A stretch of 32,000 nucleotides of DNA, taken from positions 750,001-782,000 of the forward strand of contig NC_000964.3 in the NCBI RefSeq assembly GCF_000009045.1, read 5' to 3'. Below, piece by piece: positions 19,491 to 26,833 of the stretch; positions within the stretch are counted from its first letter, which is position 1; each line of letters begins with the position of its first letter. Under the pieces are notes generated by a model that was given only the letters and a program-made list of their open reading frames with translations, did no database searches and had not been told where the DNA came from. A program made the position numbers and the translations under genes. The stretch is from Bacillus subtilis subsp. subtilis str. 168 (GTDB taxonomy: Bacteria > Bacillota > Bacilli > Bacillales > Bacillaceae).

Positions 19491-20113
19491 AGACGACTGT
19501 AACGGATGCGCTTTATGCAGGCTGCGAAGCGGTGGTGAAAATAGCATGGCTCAACGGGCTGTGGCTGTTGTTTACACTTTTGGGCGGCGTTCTTTTCGGA
19601 TGGGCGCCGAGCACAGCTGCGATGTGTGCCGTTATAAGGAAATGGCTGATGGGGCAAAAGGATGTCCCGATATTTTCGTTATTTCTCGATACCTATAAAA
19701 AAGAGTTTCTCAAGGTTAATGCGATCGGATTGGCGTTTTCGGCTCTTTTGCTCATATTGTCTGCCAACTATCATTATTTTTCTGCCAGTACGAATTGGCT
19801 GTCCTTTGCCGTAACAAGCTGCACGCTGCTTGCAGGGCTTTTGTATATCATCGCGCTGATGTATGTGTTTCCCCTTTATGTGCATTACCAGCTCCCGCTT
19901 CGCAAATATATTCCGCAGGCACTGCTGTTTGGCGCCATGAGACCGCTGACAACTGGCTGTATGCTGATCGGGTGCGGATTTGTCCTTTATTTGCTGTATA
20001 CGCTTCCTGGCCTGATCCCATTTTACGGCCCGTGTTTATTTGGGCTTGTGTTGATGTTTTTTGCTCTTAGGGGATTTCAAAAGACGGAGGCCCAGCACCA
20101 TCAAGCCGGGTAA
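19487..20113 (+). CDS. yesV: DUF624-family integral membrane protein, 208 aa (paralogue of YesL)
   Basis: ATGA overlap with the yesU stop. Multi-TM protein that aligns with YesL over its N-terminal half. The track start 19367 lies inside yesU. Confidence 0.88.
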   Translation: MKTTVTDALYAGCEAVVKIAWLNGLWLLFTLLGGVLFGWAPSTAAMCAVIRKWLMGQKDVPIFSLFLDTYKKEFLKVNAIGLAFSALLLILSANYHYFSASTNWLSFAVTSCTLLAGLLYIIALMYVFPLYVHYQLPLRKYIPQALLFGAMRPLTTGCMLIGCGFVLYLLYTLPGLIPFYGPCLFGLVLMFFALRGFQKTEAQHHQAG

Positions 20114-20131
20114 CAAAAAAATGACAAATAA

Positions 20132-20174
20132 GCAAAAAAGTGCAGTGTCCGAAATAGGCAGATGCAAAAAAGTG
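20132..20174 (+). promoter_or_regulatory. Perfect 11-nt direct repeat GCAAAAAAGTG (two copies, 32 nt apart) abutting the yesW -35
   Basis: Copies at 20132-20142 and 20164-20174. The proximal copy also fits the UP-element proximal subsite AAAAAARNR. Confidence 0.45.
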
Positions 20175-20177
20175 AAA

Positions 20178-20206
20178 TTGAAGACAGCTCACAAAGCGCA
20201 TAAAAT
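20178..20206 (+). promoter_or_regulatory. Sigma-A promoter of yesW
   Basis: TTGAAG (20178-20183), 17-nt spacer, TAAAAT (20201-20206). Confidence 0.6.
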
Positions 20207-20214
20207 CCAATTTA

Positions 20215-20228
20215 AGTAAGCGCTTACA
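20215..20228 (+). promoter_or_regulatory. cre-like site just downstream of the yesW promoter
   Basis: AGTAAGCGCTTACA matches the cre consensus at 13 of 14 positions and contains the palindrome GTAAGCGCTTAC. Confidence 0.55.
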
Positions 20229-20233
20229 GATAA

Positions 20234-22096
20234 ATGAGAAGGAGCTGTCTGATGATTAGACGAAGGAAACGCATGTTTACCGCTGTTACGTTGCTGGTCT
20301 TGTTGGTGATGGGAACCTCTGTATGTCCTGTGAAAGCTGAAGGGGCAGCGCGGCAGATGGAAGCGCTGAACCGGGGGCTTGTAGCGGTCAAGACGGACGG
20401 GGGCATTTTTGTCAGCTGGCGGTTTCTTGGAACCGAAAACGCATCTGTTTTGTTCAATGTGTACAGAGACGGGCAAAAACTGAATGCTGCGCCTGTCAAA
20501 ACAACGAACTATGTGGATAAAAACGGTTCGGCGGGCTCAACGTATACGGTTCGGGCTGTTGTAAACGGTACCGAACAGCCGGCTTCTGAAAAAGCCTCCG
20601 TATGGGCGCAGCCGTATCATTCCGTCCCGCTGGATAAACCGGCTGGCGGCACGACGCCAAAGGGTGAATCTTACACGTACAGCGCTAATGACGCAAGTGT
20701 TGGCGATGTGGATGGTGACGGGCAATACGAGCTGATCCTGAAATGGGACCCGTCCAACTCAAAAGACAATTCACAGGATGGCTATACGGGTGACGTGCTG
20801 ATTGACGCGTATAAACTGGACGGCACAAAGTTATGGCGGATCAATCTCGGCAAAAACATCAGAGCGGGCGCGCACTACACCCAGTTTATGGTGTATGACC
20901 TTGATGGTGACGGAAAAGCAGAAGTGGCAATGAAAACGGCAGACGGGACAAAAGACGGCACGGGCAAAGTAATTGGAAATGCCAATGCAGATTACAGAAA
21001 TGAACAGGGGCGTGTGCTTTCAGGCCCTGAATATCTCACTGTGTTTCAAGGTTCAACCGGGAAAGAGCTTGTCACCGCAAATTTTGAACCGGCGCGCGGC
21101 AATGTGTCGGATTGGGGAGACAGCTACGGCAACCGTGTTGACCGTTTTCTCGCCGGCATTGCCTACCTTGATGGACAGCGGCCGAGCCTGATCATGACCA
21201 GAGGGTATTACGCTAAAACCATGCTAGTTGCCTATAACTTCAGGGACGGAAAGCTGTCAAAGCTTTGGACGCTGGACTCCTCAAAGTCAGGAAATGAAGC
21301 GTTTGCCGGACAGGGGAATCACAACCTGAGCATCGCGGACGTTGACGGGGATGGAAAAGATGAGATTATTTTCGGCTCAATGGCTGTTGATCATGACGGG
21401 AAAGGCATGTACTCGACCGGCTTAGGCCATGGGGATGCCCTCCATACAGGAGATCTTGATCCGGGCCGGCCGGGGCTTGAGGTGTTTCAAGTTCATGAGG
21501 ACAAAAATGCAAAATACGGCTTATCTTTCCGGGATGCTGCAACTGGAAAAATCCTTTGGGGCGTTTATGCCGGCAAGGATGTAGGCCGGGGAATGGCTGC
21601 TGATATTGACCCGCGTTATCCGGGACAGGAGGTGTGGGCAAACGGTTCTCTCTACTCAGCGAAAGGGGTCAAAATCGGAAGCGGGGTTCCGTCCTCGACC
21701 AACTTCGGCATCTGGTGGGACGGCGATCTGCTCCGGGAACAGCTGGACAGCAACCGAATTGATAAGTGGGATTATCAAAACGGCGTATCGAAAAATATGC
21801 TGACTGCATCAGGCGCAGCGGCTAACAACGGCACAAAAGCAACACCAACGCTTCAGGCTGATCTGCTCGGTGACTGGCGCGAGGAAGTGGTGTGGAGAAC
21901 GGAGGACAGCAGTGCTCTGCGCATTTACACGACGACCATTCCGACTGAGCACAGGCTGTATACGCTGATGCACGATCCGGTGTACCGGCTTGGCATCGCC
22001 TGGCAAAATATCGCCTATAACCAGCCGCCGCACACAAGCTTCTTTTTAGGAGACGGCATGGCGGAACAGCCAAAACCAAATATGTATACGCCTTAA
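20234..22096 (+). CDS. yesW: Secreted rhamnogalacturonan endolyase (PL11, beta-propeller), 620 aa as the longest ORF (614 aa from ATG 20252)
   Basis: Signal peptide MIRRRKRMFTAVTLLVLLVMGTSVCPVKAEG. Repeated Ca-binding DxDGDG blocks (VGDVDGDGQYE, YDLDGDGKAE, IADVDGDGKDE). SD AGAAGGAG (20237-20244) favours ATG 20252. Confidence 0.93.
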   Translation: MRRSCLMIRRRKRMFTAVTLLVLLVMGTSVCPVKAEGAARQMEALNRGLVAVKTDGGIFVSWRFLGTENASVLFNVYRDGQKLNAAPVKTTNYVDKNGSAGSTYTVRAVVNGTEQPASEKASVWAQPYHSVPLDKPAGGTTPKGESYTYSANDASVGDVDGDGQYELILKWDPSNSKDNSQDGYTGDVLIDAYKLDGTKLWRINLGKNIRAGAHYTQFMVYDLDGDGKAEVAMKTADGTKDGTGKVIGNANADYRNEQGRVLSGPEYLTVFQGSTGKELVTANFEPARGNVSDWGDSYGNRVDRFLAGIAYLDGQRPSLIMTRGYYAKTMLVAYNFRDGKLSKLWTLDSSKSGNEAFAGQGNHNLSIADVDGDGKDEIIFGSMAVDHDGKGMYSTGLGHGDALHTGDLDPGRPGLEVFQVHEDKNAKYGLSFRDAATGKILWGVYAGKDVGRGMAADIDPRYPGQEVWANGSLYSAKGVKIGSGVPSSTNFGIWWDGDLLREQLDSNRIDKWDYQNGVSKNMLTASGAAANNGTKATPTLQADLLGDWREEVVWRTEDSSALRIYTTTIPTEHRLYTLMHDPVYRLGIAWQNIAYNQPPHTSFFLGDGMAEQPKPNMYTP

Positions 22097-22109
22097 CTGA
22101 AAGGGGGAA

Positions 22110-22135
22110 GGAACGGGCTGCGCGCAGCCCGTTCC
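22110..22135 (+). other. GC-rich perfect hairpin between yesW and yesX, with no U-tract
   Basis: GGAACGGGCTG (22110-22120) / CAGCCCGTTCC (22125-22135), followed by CATCAAATG (the yesX start). Confidence 0.8.
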
Positions 22136-22141
22136 CATCAA

Positions 22142-23980
22142 ATGAAACCAAAAAAGAGGCAAATGGAATACCTGACCAGAGGTTTGATTGCGGTACAGAC
22201 AGAACAGGGCGTGTTTGTCAGCTGGCGTTTTCTCGGCACGGATCATGAGACGACGGCTTTTCACCTTTATCGGGATGGAAAGCGGATCACCCGCGATCCA
22301 ATCGCTGAAAGCACTAATTTTCTCGATCAAAACGGAACGGCTGACTCTGTTTATCAAGTGGCGGCTGTCAATAAAGGACGGGAAGAAAAGCTTTCCAAGA
22401 AAGCTCGTGTTTGGCAGGAAAATGTCCTGGAGGTTCCTCTTGCCAAACCGGAAGGCGGTGTGACGCCGGACGGAAAGCCGTACACTTACAGCGCCAATGA
22501 TGCCAGTGTCGGGGATATAGACGGGGATGGAGAATATGAAATGATCCTGAAGTGGGACCCGTCCAATTCAAAAGACAACGCTCATGACGGTTATACCGGG
22601 GAGGTGCTCATAGATGCCTATAAACTGGACGGCACCTTTTTGTGGCGCATCAACCTCGGCAGAAACATCAGAGCGGGTGCTCATTACACGCAATTTATGG
22701 TGTATGACCTTGACGGTGACGGAAAAGCAGAAATCGCCATGAAAACAGCTGACGGCACAACAGACGGGAAAGGACATATCATCGGTGATGAGCAGGCCGA
22801 TTTTAGAAACGAACAGGGCAGAATTTTGTCCGGTCCGGAATATTTGACCGTGTTTAAAGGAGAAACCGGTGAGGCGCTCACGACCGTGGAATATGAACCG
22901 CCCCGCGGCAAGCTGGAGGATTGGGGAGACGGCTATGGAAACCGGATGGACCGTTTTCTCGCCGGGACCGCTTATTTGGATGGGGAGCGGCCGAGCCTTG
23001 TTATGGCGCGCGGCTACTATACGAGAACCGTGCTCGTGGCATACGATTTCAGAAACGGAAGGCTCAAAAAACGATGGGTATTTGACTCCAACCAGCCGGG
23101 ACATGAAGCATACGCAGGACAGGGGAACCACAGCTTGAGCGTGGCGGACGTCGACGGAGACGGAAAGGATGAAATCATATACGGCGCAATGGCTGTCGAT
23201 CATGACGGAACCGGCCTGTACTCAACGGGCCTCGGGCACGGAGACGCGATGCATGTAGGGGATCTGGACCCGTCACGAAAAGGGCTTGAAGTGTTCCAGG
23301 TGCATGAGGACGCCACGAAGCCGTACGGACTGTCGCTGCGAGATGCCGGAACCGGTGAGATATTATGGGGCGTCCATGCTGGAACTGACGTTGGCCGGGG
23401 CATGGCGGCTCATATTGATCCAAGCTACAAAGGATCGCTCGTCTGGGGAATTGATCCGCCGGGCAATGATGGCATGTCGTACGGGCTTTTCACGAGCAAA
23501 GGCGAAAAAATCAGCGACAAAGCGCCCTCTTCAGCCAATTTCGCCATCTGGTGGGACGGTGATTTGGTCAGAGAACTGCTTGATCATGACTGGGACGGAA
23601 CGATCGGCAGGCCAAAGATTGAAAAATGGGATGCTGAAAACGGCTGTCTGAAGACGATATTTCAGCCGGCCGGCGTGTTGTCCAACAACGGCACGAAAGG
23701 AAACCCGGTTCTTCAGGCCAACCTGTTCGGAGACTGGCGGGAAGAAGTGATATGGAGAACGGAAGACAGCAGCGCGCTCCGTATCTATACAACAACACAT
23801 CTCACCCGCCACTGCTTTTACACGCTGATGCATGATCCGGTTTACAGGCTCGGCATCGCCTGGCAGAATACCGCCTACAACCAGCCGCCGCACACGAGCT
23901 TTTACCTCGGAACGGGAATGAAAAAACCGCCGAAGCCCGCCCTGTACATAGCGGGAAGCAAAGCGGAGGCGCCGCTGTAG
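22142..23980 (+). CDS. yesX: Rhamnogalacturonan exolyase (PL11), paralogue of YesW without a signal peptide, 612 aa
   Basis: Long identical blocks with YesW (ILKWDPSNSKDN, NIRAGAHYTQFMVYDLDGDGKAE, YTLMHDPVYRLGIAWQN). The N-terminus MKPKKRQMEYL aligns with the mature YesW N-terminus. Confidence 0.92.
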   Translation: MKPKKRQMEYLTRGLIAVQTEQGVFVSWRFLGTDHETTAFHLYRDGKRITRDPIAESTNFLDQNGTADSVYQVAAVNKGREEKLSKKARVWQENVLEVPLAKPEGGVTPDGKPYTYSANDASVGDIDGDGEYEMILKWDPSNSKDNAHDGYTGEVLIDAYKLDGTFLWRINLGRNIRAGAHYTQFMVYDLDGDGKAEIAMKTADGTTDGKGHIIGDEQADFRNEQGRILSGPEYLTVFKGETGEALTTVEYEPPRGKLEDWGDGYGNRMDRFLAGTAYLDGERPSLVMARGYYTRTVLVAYDFRNGRLKKRWVFDSNQPGHEAYAGQGNHSLSVADVDGDGKDEIIYGAMAVDHDGTGLYSTGLGHGDAMHVGDLDPSRKGLEVFQVHEDATKPYGLSLRDAGTGEILWGVHAGTDVGRGMAAHIDPSYKGSLVWGIDPPGNDGMSYGLFTSKGEKISDKAPSSANFAIWWDGDLVRELLDHDWDGTIGRPKIEKWDAENGCLKTIFQPAGVLSNNGTKGNPVLQANLFGDWREEVIWRTEDSSALRIYTTTHLTRHCFYTLMHDPVYRLGIAWQNTAYNQPPHTSFYLGTGMKKPPKPALYIAGSKAEAPL

Positions 23981-24137
23981 GAGGACTAAGGGATAAGACG
24001 CAAAGGCTGAACGCTACGCCAAGATGATTAGAGAACTGGCAGGACGAACCAATGCTCAAGCGCTGTACGCACCGGTTTTTTCAAGGGAAGAGCTATCCGT
24101 GATGGAAGCTGTATAAAAAACGAGGAGGAATGAAAAA

Positions 24138-24791
24138 ATGGCAAATCATATTTATCTTGCCGGCGATTCGACTGTTCAAACGTATGGAGACAGCACAAAT
24201 CAAGGGGGCTGGGGGCAGTTTCTCGGCTCGCATCTGCCGGAGCATATTCAAGTGATCAACAGAGCGATCGGGGGAAGAAGCTCGAAAACATTTGTGGAAG
24301 AGGGCAGGCTTCAGGCAATCCTCGATGTGATTGAGCCGGATGATTGGCTGTTCGTGCAGATGGGCCATAATGACGCGTCAAAAAATAAGCCGGAGCGCTA
24401 CACCGAGCCCTATACTACTTATAAACAATATTTAAAGCAGTATATCGCAGGCGCGCGGGAAAAAGGCGCCCATCCGCTTCTCATTACCCCCGTAGCCCGC
24501 TTTCATTACGAAAACGGCGTGTTTTTGAACGATTTTCCTGATTACTGCATTGCCATGAAGCAGACGGCCGCTGAGGAGAATGTCCAGCTCATTGATCTGA
24601 TGGAGAAAAGTCTCGCTTTCTTTACTGAGAAGGGCGAGGAAAAAGTGTACACCTATTTTATGATTTCAGAAGGGATTAACGATTACACGCATTTTACAAA
24701 AAAAGGCGCAAATGAAATGGCGAAACTTGTGGCAAAAGGCATAAAGGAGCTCGGCCTGCCATTGACAGAATCGATCATCAAAGAAAGGTGA
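24138..24791 (+). CDS. yesY: Rhamnogalacturonan acetylesterase (SGNH/GDSL hydrolase), paralogue of YesT, 217 aa
   Basis: SD ACGAGGAGGAA lies upstream. SGNH blocks YLAGDSTV, GGRSS, QMGHNDA, DYTHFTKKGA. Confidence 0.92.
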   Translation: MANHIYLAGDSTVQTYGDSTNQGGWGQFLGSHLPEHIQVINRAIGGRSSKTFVEEGRLQAILDVIEPDDWLFVQMGHNDASKNKPERYTEPYTTYKQYLKQYIAGAREKGAHPLLITPVARFHYENGVFLNDFPDYCIAMKQTAAEENVQLIDLMEKSLAFFTEKGEEKVYTYFMISEGINDYTHFTKKGANEMAKLVAKGIKELGLPLTESIIKER

Positions 24792-24798
24792 AAATGTG

Positions 24799-26790
24799 AT
24801 GAGAAAACTGTATCATGGCGCTTGCTATTATCCGGAATTATGGGATGAAGAGACGATTCAGCAGGACATTGACATCATGCGTGAAGTTGGCGTAAATGTT
24901 GTGCGGATCGGCGAATTTGCCTGGTCAGTCATGGAACCTGAAGAAGGAAAAATTGACGTCGGTTTTTTCAAAGAAATCATCGCCCGGCTGTATGATAGCG
25001 GGATCGAAACGATTATGTGCACGCCGACGCCTACCCCGCCGATTTGGTTCTCACATGGCCGGCCCGAACGCATGCATGCCAATGAAAAAAGAGAGATCAT
25101 GGGGCATGGCTCCCGTCAGCATGCCTGTACGAACAACCCGTATTTCCGAAAAAAAGCCGCCATCATCACCACAGCCATCGCCAAGGAGCTTGGCCGGCTC
25201 CCGGGGCTGATCGGATGGCAGCTAGACAATGAGTTTAAATGCCATGTTGCAGAATGCATGTGTGAGACATGCTTGCGCCTATGGCATGACTGGCTCAAAA
25301 ATCGCTACGGGGTAATTGAGCGCTTGAATGAAGCTTGGGGAACCGATGTGTGGAGCGAGACCTATCAGACGTTTGAGCAAGTCCCGCAGCCGGGACCGGC
25401 CCCGTTTCTGCATCATGCCTCTCTACGCACTATGTATCAGCTGTTTTCGATGGAGATGATCGCTTCGTTTGCGGATGAACAGGCCAAAATCATCCGCTGC
25501 TATTCAGATGCGCCGATCACGCATAACGGATCAGTCATGTTCAGCGTGGACAATGAGCGAATGTTTCAGAATCTCGATTTTGCCTCCTATGACACGTACG
25601 CTTCGCAGGAAAACGCCTCTGCCTTTTTATTGAACTGTGATTTATGGAGAAATCTGAAACAAGGGCGCCCGTTTTGGATTTTGGAAACGAGTCCGTCGTA
25701 TGCCGCCTCGCTTGAAAGCTCCGCTTACCCGCACGCAGACGGGTATTTGCAGGCCGAAGCCGTATCGTCCTACGCCTTAGGGAGCCAGGGGTTTTGCTAC
25801 TGGCTATGGCGACAGCAGCGTTCAGGCAGCGAGATTTCCCACGGTTCGGTTCTCAGTGCCTGGGGCGAACCCACCATCGGCTATCAAAATGTGCTGGCGG
25901 TTGAGCGGGCAAGAAAGGAAATCGAGCCTATTATTCTATCGACTGAACCCGTTCAAGCCGAGGCGGCGATGACTTACTCTGACAGAGCAAAAGCATTTAT
26001 TAAAACTGAGCCTCACCGGGGACTCCGGCATCGTTCGCTTGTGACGCATTTTTATGAACGTATTCTCAACACGGGGATTCACCGTGACCTTATTCCGGAA
26101 GGCGCTCCACTGGACGGCTATCGCTTGCTGTTTACGCCATTTGTGCCGTATTTGTCTTCTGAATTTATCAAAAAAGCTTCGGCATTCGCTGAAGCGGGCG
26201 GCATCTGGATCACCGGGCCGCTGACAGGAGGACGCACATGCGAGCATACCATTCATACCGATTGCGGACTTGGCGAACTTGAGAAAACGTCAGGGATCAA
26301 AACACTTTTTACCTTTCCGATGAATGAGAACGTGAATACAGGAAAAGCGTTTGGCATCACGGCGCCGCTCGGACTGTGGAGCGCGGTGTTTGACACAGAG
26401 AGCGGAAACACCCTTGGCACGGTTGAAGCAGGACCGGGGGCGGGCCATGCTTTTCTGACGGAACGGAATTACGGCGAGGGGAAAATTGTCATGCTGGGCT
26501 CGCTTCCATCCGGGAAAGAAGGGGATGCGATGCTGGAAGCGCTCGTCAGGCATTATGCGGAGGAAGCTGTTATTTCCAGCCGGTCGGATGTGACACCCGG
26601 CACGATCGTTGCCCCGCGTATAGGCGAAAACGGCCTTGTGTGGATCGTTGTGAATATGGATGGAAAAGGCGGGAGCGTGACATTGCCGGAATCGGGAACG
26701 GATTTGTTGACGCACCGCTTGGAAAAGGCGGGGAGACTGGCGGTCGGACCGCATGAATACCGTGTGATTCAATTTGACAATCACAGCTGA
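24799..26790 (+). CDS. yesZ: Beta-galactosidase (GH42), 663 aa
   Basis: ATG 24799 (GTG 24796 is the track start). GH42 features: acid/base region WQLDNEF, nucleophile region FWILETSPS, Cys cluster KCHVAECMCETC (Zn site). Confidence 0.92.
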   Translation: MRKLYHGACYYPELWDEETIQQDIDIMREVGVNVVRIGEFAWSVMEPEEGKIDVGFFKEIIARLYDSGIETIMCTPTPTPPIWFSHGRPERMHANEKREIMGHGSRQHACTNNPYFRKKAAIITTAIAKELGRLPGLIGWQLDNEFKCHVAECMCETCLRLWHDWLKNRYGVIERLNEAWGTDVWSETYQTFEQVPQPGPAPFLHHASLRTMYQLFSMEMIASFADEQAKIIRCYSDAPITHNGSVMFSVDNERMFQNLDFASYDTYASQENASAFLLNCDLWRNLKQGRPFWILETSPSYAASLESSAYPHADGYLQAEAVSSYALGSQGFCYWLWRQQRSGSEISHGSVLSAWGEPTIGYQNVLAVERARKEIEPIILSTEPVQAEAAMTYSDRAKAFIKTEPHRGLRHRSLVTHFYERILNTGIHRDLIPEGAPLDGYRLLFTPFVPYLSSEFIKKASAFAEAGGIWITGPLTGGRTCEHTIHTDCGLGELEKTSGIKTLFTFPMNENVNTGKAFGITAPLGLWSAVFDTESGNTLGTVEAGPGAGHAFLTERNYGEGKIVMLGSLPSGKEGDAMLEALVRHYAEEAVISSRSDVTPGTIVAPRIGENGLVWIVVNMDGKGGSVTLPESGTDLLTHRLEKAGRLAVGPHEYRVIQFDNHS

Positions 26791-26816
26791 TTCTTTGTAT
26801 CGAATCAGCTTTTTTC
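26785..26816 (+). terminator. Rho-independent terminator overlapping the yesZ stop codon
   Basis: AGCTGATTC (26785-26793) / GAATCAGCT (26802-26810) perfect 9-bp stem, then TTTTTCT. The yesZ TGA at 26788-26790 lies in the 5' arm. Confidence 0.8.
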
Positions 26817-26833
26817 TATGGAGGGAGAGACAG

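Noticed and set aside
20121-20219. 32-codon highly basic ORF (MTNKQKSAVSEIGRCKKVKLKTAHKAHKIQFK) in the yesV-yesW spacer
   Set aside because: It has no SD. It runs straight through the predicted yesW promoter and repeat boxes, and its composition simply reflects the A-rich regulatory DNA.
22110-22135. The yesW-yesX hairpin and the lplA-lplB hairpin (31044..31065) as canonical intrinsic terminators
   Set aside because: Neither is followed by a U-tract, and each is followed within 6-26 nt by the next gene's start or SD. They are listed as structured RNA elements instead.
26774-26803. Perfect TTGACA inside the yesZ 3' end as a possible yetA promoter
   Set aside because: The best -10 candidates at 17-18 nt spacing (GTATCG and TATCGA) are poor. 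It is kept only as a hypothesis in the yetA finding.
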